DNA from: Alphaproteobacteria bacterium
GTDB lineage: Bacteria; Pseudomonadota; Alphaproteobacteria; CALKHQ01
Reading direction: 5' to 3'
NCBI GenBank assembly: GCA_965227515.1
Contig: CBDDFZ010000001.1
Location: 2,144,001 to 2,208,000, forward strand
Length of the DNA: 64,000 nt
Part shown: piece by piece, positions 28,420-38,848 of the stretch
How the letters are laid out: the number at the start of each line of letters is the position of its first letter
Position numbering within the stretch: position 1 is the stretch's first letter
Program-made: the position numbers and the translations under genes
Notes under the pieces: generated by a model
Databases searched by the model: none
What the model was told of the DNA's origin: nothing
Seen by the model: the letters and a program-made list of their open reading frames with translations, nothing else

Positions 28420-28652
28420 CGGCCTTGCCCACCAGCGTGGCGTTGAAACGGTACCCTCAACACTGCCACCGGCCAAAACGCATGCGGAAAGGGCCGAAAG
28501 CGCTCTACCCGGCGGCGCTGCGGACATTACGGATTGCCCCCTGGGGTGTCAAGCCAACGCGCACGCCCGTGCGCGACAATTTTTCACTTCGATTTCAATG
28601 AGATAAGGGTGGGCAGATGGAGTCCCCGCCGGAGTCCCCGCGCAGTGCGCCC

Positions 28653-31600
28653 TTATGCCGCCCGCAATTGCTCGGCGTGACCCAGGTCGACCGACACCAA
28701 CTGGCTGACCCCTTGCTCCGGCATGGTGACGCCATACAGGCGGTTCATGCGGGCCATGGTCAGGCGGTGGTGGGTGACCAGCAGGAAGCGAGTCTTCAGC
28801 CGGCCGACCAGATGCTGCAGCAGGTCGCAGAAGCGGTCGACATTGGCGTCGTCGAGCGGCGCGTCGACCTCGTCCAGCACGCAGATCGGCGCCGGGTTGG
28901 TCAGGAACACCGCGAAGGTAACCGCCAGCGCGGTCAGCGCCCGCTCGCCGCCGGACATCAGGGCCAGCGTCTGCAGCTTCTTGCCGGGCGGGCAGGCCAC
29001 GATCTCAAGCCCGGCTTCCAGCGGGTCGTCGGAGCCGGTGAGGGTGAGTTCCGCCGACCCACCGCCGAAAAGCTGCTTGAACACATCCTGGAAGTGCTGG
29101 TTCACCGCCTCGAACGCCGCGGTCAGCCGCAACCGGCCTTCCTTGTTCAGGCTGGCGATGCCCTGGCGCAGCCGGTTGATGGCGGCGATCAGGTCGTCGC
29201 GCTCTACCGACAGGCCGTCGATGCGGACCTGGAGCTCCTCCACCTCGTCGACCGCGCGCAGGTTGACCGGGCCCATGCCGTCGCGCTCGCGCACCAGCTT
29301 TTCCAGGCGGCCTTCCTGCTGCGCCAGCAACTCGCGAATCGTGGCGTTGTCGGCGTCCGGGTCGATCTCGCCACGCTCCGCCAGGGCCTCGGGCGGACAG
29401 GACTGCTGGGCGGCGATTCGCTCCAGCACGCCGCCGATGGCGAGATCGGCCGCCTCGACCTGGGCTTCGACCCGCACCCGGTCCTCGCGGCGCGCCGCCA
29501 GCGCCTGCTCGGCCTCGCGGGCCGCGGTGTCGGCGGCTCGGGCCGCGTTCTCGGCCGCCGCCAGTTCGTCGCCGGCGCGCGATGCGGTCAGGGTCAGGTC
29601 GTTGAGCGTGCCGGAGATGGTGTCGCGCTTGGCCTTCCACTCATCGGGGGCCGCGGCCAATGCCGCGCGGCACTCGACCGCGGCAGCGTGGCGCTGGTCC
29701 AGTTCGCCGCGCTGGGCGGCGGCATCGGCTGCGCGCTTGGTCCAGTCGGCGGTTTCAACCGCAATCGCTTGCGTGCGGCGGACGCGCATTTCCTCAGCCG
29801 CCGCGAGGCGGTCGCGCTCTCCGCGCGCCTCCAGTGCGGCGGCGCGCGCGGCCTCCGCCGTCGCGCGGCAGGTGTCGCGCTCCCCCTTCAGGGCCTCGGC
29901 GGCGGCATCGTCGACCCGGCGCCCGGCCAGCTCCTGGGCAGCGGTTTCCAGGTCGCGTTCCTGCTCGGCCAGATCCTCGGCGGTCTCGGTGAGCGCGCGC
30001 TGGCGGGCCAGGGCCTGGCCATGGGTGCGCTCGGCGGCCTCATGTGCCGCGCGGGCGGCGTCCGCCGCTTTCGCTGCCTGCTTGGCACGGCCCACCGCAC
30101 CGGTCACCTCGCCGTCGGCGGCCTGGAAGGCGGTCCGCGCCTCCATCTCCGCCGACTTCGCATCGTCGCGGGCGGTCGACAGCGTGGCGCGCTCGGCTTC
30201 CAGTTCCGTCAGCCGATTGCGCTGCTGCAGCCTGACGGCCGAGGCGTTGGCGGCACCGGCGGCAACCGCCAGCCCGTCCCAGCGCCACAGATTGCCCTCG
30301 CGGTCGACCAGCCGCTGGCCGGGTGCCAGTGCCGCGACCGCAGCCTCGGCGTCCGCGCCTGCATCCAGCACCGCGATGTGGGCGAGGCGGCGGGCCAGCA
30401 CGTCCGGCCCCTCGACCACCTCGGACAGCGGGCGGCACCCCTGGGGCAGGTCGGCCACCGAGCCGAGCGGCGGTAGCGCGCGCCAGTGGCTGGGTGCATC
30501 GGGGTCGGTCGCGGCGTCCAAATCCTCGCCGAACGCGGCGGCCAGCGCCGATTCGTAACCAGCGGCGACGGTCACCTGGTCGATCACCGGGTCCCACGCC
30601 TTGTCGGGCGCCTTGCCGAGCATGCGCTCGATCGCCGTGGCCTCGGCATCGACCTTCACGAAGGCGGTTTCCGCCGCCTGCAAGCGCTCGCGCGCCGCAT
30701 CCAATGCGGTGCGGGCGGCCTGCTGCGCGTCCTGCGCGGTTTCCAGCGCCGTCGCGGCGAGGGCGCGTTCCTCTTCTGCTGACTTGTGCGCGGTTGCGGC
30801 CTGGGCCAGCGCGCTGTCGTCGCCGAGGGTGCCGGACAGTCGTTCCAGTTCGTCACGGACCTGGGTGCGCCGCGCATCGAGCTTGCGGCGCGTGGCCTCC
30901 AAGTTGGCGGTTTCCTGGGCATGCGCCTGGCGCGCCGCCTCCAGGGTGGCGAGGCGGGCGGCGACGTCGCCAAGGGCTGCCTCGGCGTCCTGCAGTTCGG
31001 TCTCCGACTCGGTAACGCGCGCAGCCGCCGCTTCGCGCGTGCCGTCGGCATCCGCGACCTGTTCGGCAAGGGTGGCCTGCTCGGCGCGCAGCCGTTCGAT
31101 CGCGGCCTGGGCGTCGGCCTCCAGCGAACGGGCGCGGCCCAAGTCGCCGTTGACAGTGGCGATCTCGGCATCGGCGGCAGCCAGCGCCTGCACCGCGCGT
31201 TCGGCTTCCGCCGCGCACTGCTCGGCCTCGATCTTCAGTCGCTGCACCTTGGCCGATGCCTCCGCCGCCTTGGTGCGCAGCTCAGGCAGGGTCTCGGTCT
31301 TACGGATGCGCTCGTTCTCGGCCACCGCCGCCGCCTCGGCATGGGCGACCACTTGCTCCTCGGCGGCGGTCAGCGCGGCGCGTGCCGCGTCGCAGCGCTC
31401 CACCGCCAGCCGCCACTGGCAGTACAGCACCGCCGCCTCGCTGGCGCGGATGTTGGTCGAGACATTGCGGTAGCGGGTCGCCTGGCGGGCCTGGCGCTTC
31501 AGGCCGCGCATCTGCTCGTCGAGCGCGGCGAGCACGTCGTCGAGCCGCTCCAGATTGCTCTCCGCGCCCCGCAGTCTCAACTCCGCCTCGTGCCGGCGCA

Positions 31601-32123
31601 CGTGCAGGCCGGCGATGCCGGCGGCTTCTTCAAGCAGGGCGCGCCGGTTGGTGGGCTTCTCGTTGATCAGGTTGGTGATCTGGCCCTGGCCGACCATCGC
31701 GGCGGCATGCGCCCCGATGGCGTTGTCGGCGAACAGCACCTGCAGGTCGCGGGCGCGGACCTCCTTGCCGTTGACCCGGTAGGTCGAGCCCTGGCCGCGA
31801 TTGATCTTGCGCGAGACGTCGATCTCGTCCTGATCGTTGAACGCGGTCGGGAACGATTTCTCCGGGTTCTCCAGCGTGACCACCACCTCGGCCACGTTGC
31901 GCGGCGGCCGCGCCCCGGCGCCGGAAAAGATGACGTCGTCCATCTCGGCGCCGCGCATCTGCTTGGCCGAGCTTTCGCCCATCACCCAGCGCAGCGCCTC
32001 GACAATGTTGGACTTGCCGCAGCCATTGGGGCCGACGATGCCGGTCAGCCCAGGCGAGATCTCGATGTCGGCCGGGTCGACGAACGACTTGAAGCCGGCA
32101 ATGCGAAGACGTCGGAATTGCAC
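28653..32123 (-). CDS. smc: Chromosome segregation protein SMC
   Basis: GFKSF, GPNGCGKSN, long coiled coils with hinge, MSGGE, LDEVDAPLD. Confidence 0.97.
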   Translation of the reverse strand: MQFRRLRIAGFKSFVDPADIEISPGLTGIVGPNGCGKSNIVEALRWVMGESSAKQMRGAEMDDVIFSGAGARPPRNVAEVVVTLENPEKSFPTAFNDQDEIDVSRKINRGQGSTYRVNGKEVRARDLQVLFADNAIGAHAAAMVGQGQITNLINEKPTNRRALLEEAAGIAGLHVRRHEAELRLRGAESNLERLDDVLAALDEQMRGLKRQARQATRYRNVSTNIRASEAAVLYCQWRLAVERCDAARAALTAAEEQVVAHAEAAAVAENERIRKTETLPELRTKAAEASAKVQRLKIEAEQCAAEAERAVQALAAADAEIATVNGDLGRARSLEADAQAAIERLRAEQATLAEQVADADGTREAAAARVTESETELQDAEAALGDVAARLATLEAARQAHAQETANLEATRRKLDARRTQVRDELERLSGTLGDDSALAQAATAHKSAEEERALAATALETAQDAQQAARTALDAARERLQAAETAFVKVDAEATAIERMLGKAPDKAWDPVIDQVTVAAGYESALAAAFGEDLDAATDPDAPSHWRALPPLGSVADLPQGCRPLSEVVEGPDVLARRLAHIAVLDAGADAEAAVAALAPGQRLVDREGNLWRWDGLAVAAGAANASAVRLQQRNRLTELEAERATLSTARDDAKSAEMEARTAFQAADGEVTGAVGRAKQAAKAADAARAAHEAAERTHGQALARQRALTETAEDLAEQERDLETAAQELAGRRVDDAAAEALKGERDTCRATAEAARAAALEARGERDRLAAAEEMRVRRTQAIAVETADWTKRAADAAAQRGELDQRHAAAVECRAALAAAPDEWKAKRDTISGTLNDLTLTASRAGDELAAAENAARAADTAAREAEQALAARREDRVRVEAQVEAADLAIGGVLERIAAQQSCPPEALAERGEIDPDADNATIRELLAQQEGRLEKLVRERDGMGPVNLRAVDEVEELQVRIDGLSVERDDLIAAINRLRQGIASLNKEGRLRLTAAFEAVNQHFQDVFKQLFGGGSAELTLTGSDDPLEAGLEIVACPPGKKLQTLALMSGGERALTALAVTFAVFLTNPAPICVLDEVDAPLDDANVDRFCDLLQHLVGRLKTRFLLVTHHRLTMARMNRLYGVTMPEQGVSQLVSVDLGHAEQLRAA

Positions 32124-32166
32124 GTACGGCGGACCCGGTGTTCAGCGCGACCGTTGGCGGTGGGCG

Positions 32167-32823
32167 CTAGTTGGTGTGATCGGCGATGATATCGGCGAAG
32201 ACGTCCACGTCCTGCGCGCCGCGCACCTTCTCGCCGGCGACGAAGAATGTCGGCGTGGACTGCACCTCAAGCTCGGTCTGGGCACGCAGCCGCGTGGCCA
32301 GGATGGCGTTGGCGATGCTCTCGTTGGCCAGGCACTCGTCGAAGCGCTCGTCGGACAGGCCGGTCAGCTTCGCGGTCTGGCGCAGGATGTCCAGGGCCGC
32401 TTCGCTGCGCCACTCGTCCTGGGTCTCATAGAGGGTCTGGACGAACGGGTGGAACTGCGCCGACGGCACGCACTCGGAAACGATGGCGGCCGCGAAGGCG
32501 AGTTGGTCGAGCGGGAAGTGGCGGATGATCAGGTTTGCCTGCCCGGTGTCGATGAACTGCTCCTTCAGCTCCGGCAGCGTATCCTCGTGGAACGCGCGGC
32601 AGTGCGGGCAGGTCAGCGACGAGAACTCGACGATGGTGACCGGCGCGTCGGGATCGCCCAGCACGCGGTCGGTCGGCCAGATCTCCAACAGGTCGAGCGT
32701 TTCGTCCGCGGCCGCTTCGTCGGTCGCTTCAGCGTCGTCGGACTGGGCGTGGGCGGTCCACGTCATACCGGTCGCCATCACGCCGGCGAGGGCCGAGACA
32801 CACAAGATATGCCGAATGTTCAT
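32167..32823 (-). CDS. DsbA/thioredoxin-fold periplasmic protein
   Basis: Signal peptide, LGDPDAPVTIVEF, CPHC, STPTFF. Confidence 0.92.
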   Translation of the reverse strand: MNIRHILCVSALAGVMATGMTWTAHAQSDDAEATDEAAADETLDLLEIWPTDRVLGDPDAPVTIVEFSSLTCPHCRAFHEDTLPELKEQFIDTGQANLIIRHFPLDQLAFAAAIVSECVPSAQFHPFVQTLYETQDEWRSEAALDILRQTAKLTGLSDERFDECLANESIANAILATRLRAQTELEVQSTPTFFVAGEKVRGAQDVDVFADIIADHTN

Positions 32824-32967
32824 TCCAAAACCCCATTATCTTGAGCGGAGACTAGACTCCGAGTTCCAGCGAATGCAAGCGCCACGCAACATGCGCGCCC
32901 CTGGCCCCGCGTTCGAAAGGCAATCGCCGACAACACTCACCAATTGCGGCCAAATCTGGAAGGCCTG

Positions 32968-33516
32968 TCACCGGTCACGATCTTGTGCGGCCACCATGCG
33001 GCCCAGCCGGGCGAGCGCCTCGCGCAGGTCCGGGTCCATGTCGGCGGGCAGGTCCGGCGCCGGTGTGGTGCGGTAATGCCGTGGCAGGATGTGGCGCTTG
33101 GCGCCGTGCGCATCCCCGATGGGTGCGTTGACGATTTTGATCCGGCCGACCGCCATGTAGCCGAAGAAGCTGTTGATCCGGTCGATCAGGTGCTCGGCCT
33201 CGTGCTGGACATAGACCGACAGCCCCGGCGCGACCTTCATGGTCAGGGCCGCCCCGTCCATGCGGTTGCGCGGCCACGCGACATCGACCGGCACCGTGTC
33301 GGCGGCCAGCGCCTCCCCGGCGATGGCCTGCCAGTTCTGCAACAGCTCGGTGTTGGTTAGCCCGCGCCGGCGCATGGCGGGGGCGGCGACCATGGCCGCC
33401 ACCTTGCCCATGCGGTGCATGCCGCCGCGCCGCCATTTCGAGGCCGGGGTGCCGACGGTCCGCGCGGCCTTGCCCGCCGACAATGGCCTCAGATTGTTGT
33501 CCGGCCCGCTCGCCAT
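32968..33516 (-). CDS. dciA: DUF721/DciA-family protein
   Basis: W..IAG..LA..T.P, QH...LIDRINSFFGY, LREALARLG; conserved position between mutY and dsbA-smc. Start uncertain. Confidence 0.8.
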   Translation of the reverse strand: MASGPDNNLRPLSAGKAARTVGTPASKWRRGGMHRMGKVAAMVAAPAMRRRGLTNTELLQNWQAIAGEALAADTVPVDVAWPRNRMDGAALTMKVAPGLSVYVQHEAEHLIDRINSFFGYMAVGRIKIVNAPIGDAHGAKRHILPRHYRTTPAPDLPADMDPDLREALARLGRMVAAQDRDR

Positions 33517-33612
33517 CGGGTCAGGAACTCCTGTAAACGTTCTCGCGCCAATCCTCGCCAGCCCATCCCCGGCGATTGCATCCGCTCCGATATTCCTATA
33601 CCCGACCCATCA

Positions 33613-34698
33613 ATGTCGACAGCAACCGACATGGCCAGGCCGGCGGCCCTGCGCCGCACATTGCTCGCCTGGTACGACCGGCACCGGCGCGACCTGCCGT
33701 GGCGCGCGCGGCCCGGCGAGACCGCCGACCCCTATCGCGTCTGGCTGAGCGAGATCATGCTGCAGCAGACCACGGTGGCGGCGGTGGCACCCTATTTCCG
33801 GCGATTCACCGAGGCGTGGCCGACCGTCGAGGCGCTGGCCGCGGCGCCCGATGCCGACGTGCTGGCGGCGTGGGCGGGGCTTGGCTACTACGCCCGTGCC
33901 CGCAACCTGATCAAGTGCGCCCGCACGGTGGCCAATGAGCATGGCGGGCAGTTCCCCGACACCGAGGACGGACTGCGCGACCTGCCCGGCATCGGCCCCT
34001 ATACCGCGGCCGCGGTCGCCGCCATCGCGTTCGGCCGCGCCGCGATGCCGGTGGACGGCAATATCGAGCGGGTGATGGCACGCCTGCATGCCATCGAGAC
34101 GCCGCTGCCGGCGGCGAAACCGGAGCTGAGCGAGGCGGCGAAGCGACTGACGCCGCGCAGCCGCGCCGGGGATCTCGCCCAGGGTCTGATGGATCTGGGC
34201 GCGACCGTCTGCACACCGCGCAGTCCCGCCTGCGCGCTCTGCCCCTGGCGCGAGCCGTGCCGTGCACGCGCCGCCGGTATCCAGGCGGAACTGCCGCGCC
34301 GTGCGCCGAAGGCGGCCAAGCCGCAGCGCTACGGCACCGCCTTCTGGCTCATTTGCGATGGCCACGTGTTGCTGCAGCGCCGCCCGCCGAAGGGCCTGCT
34401 CGGCGGCATGCTGGGCTTGCCCGGCACGGACTGGCGGGACCGGCCGTGGGACGGCAAGGACGCCATCCGTCTCGGCGCGCCGGCGAAGGCGGACTGGACC
34501 CCGCTCAGGGGCAATGTCCGCCACGTCTTCACCCACTTCGCGCTCGATCTCGCACTGATGGCCGGGCGCACCGGCCGCCGTCCTGCCGTGCCGGACGGCG
34601 AATGGCATCCCATCGAACGGGCGGCGGAAGCCGGCCTGCCGAGCGTGATGCGCAAGGCCGCGATCATGGCCCGTTCGGCCCAACCACGCGTCGAATAA
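33613..34698 (+). CDS. mutY: A/G-specific adenine glycosylase
   Basis: RDLPWR, SEIMLQQT, GLGYYARARN, LPGIGPYT, VDGN, four-Cys Fe-S motif, HVFTHF. Confidence 0.97.
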   Translation: MSTATDMARPAALRRTLLAWYDRHRRDLPWRARPGETADPYRVWLSEIMLQQTTVAAVAPYFRRFTEAWPTVEALAAAPDADVLAAWAGLGYYARARNLIKCARTVANEHGGQFPDTEDGLRDLPGIGPYTAAAVAAIAFGRAAMPVDGNIERVMARLHAIETPLPAAKPELSEAAKRLTPRSRAGDLAQGLMDLGATVCTPRSPACALCPWREPCRARAAGIQAELPRRAPKAAKPQRYGTAFWLICDGHVLLQRRPPKGLLGGMLGLPGTDWRDRPWDGKDAIRLGAPAKADWTPLRGNVRHVFTHFALDLALMAGRTGRRPAVPDGEWHPIERAAEAGLPSVMRKAAIMARSAQPRVE

Positions 34699-34716
34699 AG
34701 CAGTGACTGGAACACC

Positions 34717-35607
34717 ATGACGACCGACACGACCCGGCCGGCGATCGCCGACGGCATCTCCGCCATCGCGGACCGCATCGACGGCTGCATCGTCGACCTG
34801 TGGGGGGTGGTGCACGACGGCGTGCAGCCCTTGCCGGGCGCGGTGGACTGCATGCAGCGTCTGGTCGCTGCCGGCAAGCGCATCTGCCTGTTGTCCAACG
34901 CGCCGGCCCGTGTCGACGCGCTGGTCGCCCGCATGGACGAGATGGGCGTGCCGCGCGACGCCTATCACCACCTGATGTCGTCCGGCGAATCGACCTATCA
35001 GGCGCTGCGCACGCGGCCCGACCCCGCGCACGCGGCCCTCGGCGAGCGCTGCCTGATGATCGGGCCGGAATACAACGCCGATATCCTGCCCGACGGCGAC
35101 GGTATCGTGCGGGTGTTCGACCTGGACGACGCCGACTTCGTGGTGGTCACCGCCTGGGGCGGCGACGGCACCCCGCTGGAGGGCTACGACGACATCCTGC
35201 GCACGTGCCGCGCGCGCGACATTCCGCTGGTTTGCGCCAATCCCGACCTTGAGGTGTTGCAGGGCGGCGAGCGGTACTACTGCGCCGGCGCCATTGCCGC
35301 GCGCTACCAGGGTATCGGCGGCCGGGTGATCTATCACGGCAAGCCGCACGAGCGTGTCTACACGCACTGCCAGGGATTGCTCGGCATCGACGATGCGGCG
35401 CGCGTCGCCGGCATTGGCGACAGCTTCCTGACCGACGTGACCGGGGCCAACGCGGCCGGCATGCCCTCGGTACTGGTCGCCGGCGGAATCCACGCCATCG
35501 ACCTGATGCGCCATGAGGCCGATGTGATCGACGTCATTGTGTTGCACGACCTGGTCGAGCGACATGGCGCGTCGCCGGACATGGTGGTGCCGGCCTTCCG
35601 CTGGTAG
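34717..35607 (+). CDS. HAD-IIA hydrolase (TIGR01459-type)
   Basis: DLWGVVHDG, LSNAP, CANPD, HGKPH, IGDSFLTD. Confidence 0.9.
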   Translation: MTTDTTRPAIADGISAIADRIDGCIVDLWGVVHDGVQPLPGAVDCMQRLVAAGKRICLLSNAPARVDALVARMDEMGVPRDAYHHLMSSGESTYQALRTRPDPAHAALGERCLMIGPEYNADILPDGDGIVRVFDLDDADFVVVTAWGGDGTPLEGYDDILRTCRARDIPLVCANPDLEVLQGGERYYCAGAIAARYQGIGGRVIYHGKPHERVYTHCQGLLGIDDAARVAGIGDSFLTDVTGANAAGMPSVLVAGGIHAIDLMRHEADVIDVIVLHDLVERHGASPDMVVPAFRW

Positions 35608-35698
35608 CGTTTGCCAACGGGCGCGCTCAGCGCCACTTCAGCACAACGCCTCTGTTCCGGGACACTTCCGTCGCGGGACGACAAGGAAACCCCGCCGC

Positions 35699-37603
35699 GT
35701 GGCTTCGACCGACCAAACCGCTGCGAGCGAGAAACAACAGCGTTCCCATTGGGCGACCATTCGCTCGCTCGCCCCGTTCCTTTGGCCCCATCGCGATGTC
35801 GAGGGCGCCATCGGGATGCGCTGGCGGGTGGTGTGGGCGATGGTCTTCCTGGTGGCGGCCAAGCTTGCCAACGTCTACACGCCGATCCTCTACGCCGCCG
35901 CGGTCGATGAGCTGAGCGGTGCCGGCGGCGACGGTGCGGTCGACGGACTCGCCGGCGCCGACCCCGCCATAGCGACTGTCATCGTGCTGCCGCTGGGCCT
36001 GATCCTGGCCTATGGCATCGTGCGCGTGTTCTCGATCGCGTTCGGCGAACTGCGCGATGCGGTGTTCGCCCGGGTCGCCATGCGCGCAATCCGCACCGTG
36101 GCGGTGCGCACCTTCCAGCACATCCACGCGCTGGCGCTGCGCTACCACCTGGAGCGGCGCACCGGCGGGTTGAGCCGGGTGATCGAGCGCGGCACCAAGG
36201 GCATCGAGTTCCTGCTGCGCTTCATGCTGTTCAACGTGCTGCCGACGCTGCTGGAGATCACGCTGGTCTGCACGCTGTTGTGGGCGCTGTTCGATTTCTG
36301 GTTCGCCTTCGTGACCCTGGTCTCGGTCAGCGCGTACATCGGCTTCACCCTGTGGGTGACCGAGTGGCGGCTGAAATACCGCCGCCAGATGAACGACATG
36401 GACACCGAGGCCAATACCAAGGCCATCGACAGCCTGCTGAACTACGAGACGGTCAAGTACTTCGGCAACGAGGACCACGAGCGCGACCGGTTCGACAGCT
36501 CGATGCGTGGCTACGAGCAGGCGGCGGTGAAGAGCCAGGTGACGCTGTCCATGCTCAACATCGGGCAGGCGTTCATCATCGCCGGCGGGCTGACCATCAT
36601 GATGATCATGGCGGCCCAGGGCGTCGTTAACGGCACCATGACGGTCGGCGACTTCGTGCTGGTGTTCACCTACATGCTGCAGCTCTACATGCCGCTGAAC
36701 TTCCTGGGCTTCGTCTACCGGGAGATCAAGCGCTCGCTGGTGGACATGGAGGACATGTTCACCCTGTTGCGGCTGAACCGGGAGGTGGAGGACCGGCCCG
36801 ACGCCAAGCCGCTGGACCCGGGCGATGCCGCGGTGGAGTTCGACCACGTCTCGTTCGGCTACGATCCGCGCCGGCCGATCCTGAAGGATGTGTCGTTCCG
36901 CGCGGCACCGGGCGCCACGGTCGCTTTCGTCGGCGCCAGCGGGGCCGGCAAGTCGACCATCGCGCGCCTGCTGTTCCGCTTCTACGACGTCGACGACGGC
37001 GCCATCCGCATCAATGGCCAGGACGTGCGTGACGTGACCCAGGCCAGCGTGCGCGCCGCCATCGGCGTGGTGCCCCAGGACACGGTGATGTTCAACGACA
37101 CCGTGCGCTACAACATCCGCTACGGCCGTCCGTCCGCCAGCGACGAAGAAGTGGAATCGGCGGCAAAAATGGCCCGCATTCACGATTTCATAACCACAAC
37201 GCCCGACGGTTACGAAACCATGGTAGGCGAGCGCGGGTTGAAATTGTCCGGCGGTGAGAAGCAGCGGGTGGCGATCGCACGAACGATCCTGAAAGACCCG
37301 CCGATCATGCTGTTCGACGAGGCGACATCTGCGCTCGATTCCAATACCGAGCGCCAGATCCAGGCCAGCCTGCGCGCAGTCTCCGCCGACCGGACCACCA
37401 TCGTCATCGCGCACCGCCTGTCGACGGTGGTCGATGCCGACGAGATCATCGTGCTCGACGATGGCCGCGTGGCCGAGCGCGGCAATCACGACGAGCTGAT
37501 CGCGATGGATGGCCTTTATGCCGCGATGTGGGCCAAGCAGCGGTCTGCGGCGGATGTTTCCAGGGGCGAGACCCCCGTACCGGAGCCAGTGCATGCAAAA
37601 TAA
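35699..37603 (+). CDS. ABCB-family (Atm1/HMT1-like) transporter, fused permease and ATPase
   Basis: ERRTGGL, DSLLNYETVKYF, GASGAGKS, LSGGEKQR, FDEATS; GTG start inferred. Confidence 0.93.
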   Translation: MASTDQTAASEKQQRSHWATIRSLAPFLWPHRDVEGAIGMRWRVVWAMVFLVAAKLANVYTPILYAAAVDELSGAGGDGAVDGLAGADPAIATVIVLPLGLILAYGIVRVFSIAFGELRDAVFARVAMRAIRTVAVRTFQHIHALALRYHLERRTGGLSRVIERGTKGIEFLLRFMLFNVLPTLLEITLVCTLLWALFDFWFAFVTLVSVSAYIGFTLWVTEWRLKYRRQMNDMDTEANTKAIDSLLNYETVKYFGNEDHERDRFDSSMRGYEQAAVKSQVTLSMLNIGQAFIIAGGLTIMMIMAAQGVVNGTMTVGDFVLVFTYMLQLYMPLNFLGFVYREIKRSLVDMEDMFTLLRLNREVEDRPDAKPLDPGDAAVEFDHVSFGYDPRRPILKDVSFRAAPGATVAFVGASGAGKSTIARLLFRFYDVDDGAIRINGQDVRDVTQASVRAAIGVVPQDTVMFNDTVRYNIRYGRPSASDEEVESAAKMARIHDFITTTPDGYETMVGERGLKLSGGEKQRVAIARTILKDPPIMLFDEATSALDSNTERQIQASLRAVSADRTTIVIAHRLSTVVDADEIIVLDDGRVAERGNHDELIAMDGLYAAMWAKQRSAADVSRGETPVPEPVHAK

Positions 37604-38309
37604 GCCCAAATCGACGGCCAAGGCAGCGCCGCCGTCGACAGCGCCTGCGCTGGCCAACGTCAGGGGGCGCAATGTCCTGCTGGCCCATGCATTCGCGCAG
37701 CGCGAGATGCGGATGGCCGAGGAGCGGCGCCAGGCACGTACCGAGATGGCCAAGCGCTCGTCGGACGGCGACAAGCAGATAAAGGGCGGCGACGGCTCAG
37801 GCGGCAAGCCTGCCGTGGCGGCAAACGCGAAACAGCCCACGGCCGCGAAGCGCGCGCCGGGCAAGACCACCCGTCAGGAGCTGATCGCCGAGGCGATGCG
37901 CCTGCGCAAGCAAACCCCGCCGACCGCATCGAGCAAGCCGCCGGAGGACGCCTTCGACCGGATGATCTCGGGCGCGCTCGGCAGCGGTGCCGCGGATCAC
38001 ATGGAGGCGGGCAAGCTGGACCGTCAGGCCGCCCTGCAGGCCCTGATCGAGCAGGAGCAGGCCCGGCTGAACCGCGCCGGCACCTCCGGTGACACGCCGA
38101 CGAAGGTTCCGGCCCCCGATCTGCCGCCACGGACCGTGGAACGCATTCCGGCGGCGACCGCGCGCGGCGAGGTTTCGCGCGACGACTTGATCGCGGAGGC
38201 GCTTGATGTGCACCGCCGCAAGCAGACCGCACTCGACGAGCTGACCGATGCCCAGCGCGCGACCCTGCGCATGGCGGCGGAGAAGCTGTTGAAGACCAAG
38301 GCGGGCTGA
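37593..38309 (+). CDS. Hypothetical helical protein with internal repeat
   Basis: Overlaps the ABC stop; TRQELIAEAMRLRKQ / SRDDLIAEALDVHRRKQ repeat; host-like codon usage. Confidence 0.7.
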   Translation: MQNKPKSTAKAAPPSTAPALANVRGRNVLLAHAFAQREMRMAEERRQARTEMAKRSSDGDKQIKGGDGSGGKPAVAANAKQPTAAKRAPGKTTRQELIAEAMRLRKQTPPTASSKPPEDAFDRMISGALGSGAADHMEAGKLDRQAALQALIEQEQARLNRAGTSGDTPTKVPAPDLPPRTVERIPAATARGEVSRDDLIAEALDVHRRKQTALDELTDAQRATLRMAAEKLLKTKAG

Positions 38310-38315
38310 CGCCCC

Positions 38316-38360
38316 CCTTTGTGCCGGTCGCCTTTGTGCCGGTCGCCTTTGTGCCGGTCG
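38316..38360. repeat. Perfect tandem repeat, 3 x 15 bp
   Basis: CCTTTGTGCCGGTCG x3 upstream of rpmB. Confidence 0.95.
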
Positions 38361-38482
38361 ATGTATGCGCGTGACCTGAATGCTTGACCTGTCGCGCATC
38401 CGGCCCTTATAAGTCCGGCGTTCACGCGGCCCTGCGCCAGGGCGGCGTGCTATCCGTTTCACAAGCCACGAGGGGTTTCGAC

Positions 38483-38779
38483 ATGGCCCGCCGCTGCGCC
38501 ATAACCGGTAAGGGCGTGCAAACTGGCAACAATGTGAGCCACGCGCACAACAAGACCCGTCGCCGCTATCTGCCGAATTTGCAGAAGACCCGCCTGTTCT
38601 CGGAGACGCTTGGCGAGGGCGTGCGCATGCGCCTGTCGACCAGCGCCATTCGCACCATCGAGCATCGCGGTGGGCTGGATGCCTATCTGATGTCGACCGC
38701 GCCGACCAAGCTGCCGGCCGAGCTGCGCAAGATGCGCAAGCGGGTGAGCGAGGCGCAGGCCGCCACCGCGGCGGAATAG
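38483..38779 (+). CDS. rpmB: 50S ribosomal protein L28
   Basis: [33 protein letters not shown]. Confidence 0.97.
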   Translation: MARRCAITGKGVQTGNNVSHAHNKTRRRYLPNLQKTRLFSETLGEGVRMRLSTSAIRTIEHRGGLDAYLMSTAPTKLPAELRKMRKRVSEAQAATAAE

Positions 38780-38848
38780 CCGCGACGCGACTATCGGTCG
38801 TTCGATCGGGCAGCCGTTCGCAGGCTGATCAATCTTCAACACGCGTTT

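Noticed and set aside
28653-32123. SMC as a Wadjet/Lamassu-type defence ATPase
   Set aside because: Canonical housekeeping SMC in the conserved mutY/dciA-dsbA-smc context, with no accessory defence genes.
35699-37603. ABC transporter as the HlyB exporter for the RTX protein
   Set aside because: Motifs are Atm1/HMT1-like (DSLLNYETVKYF); no C39-like domain and no HlyD partner.
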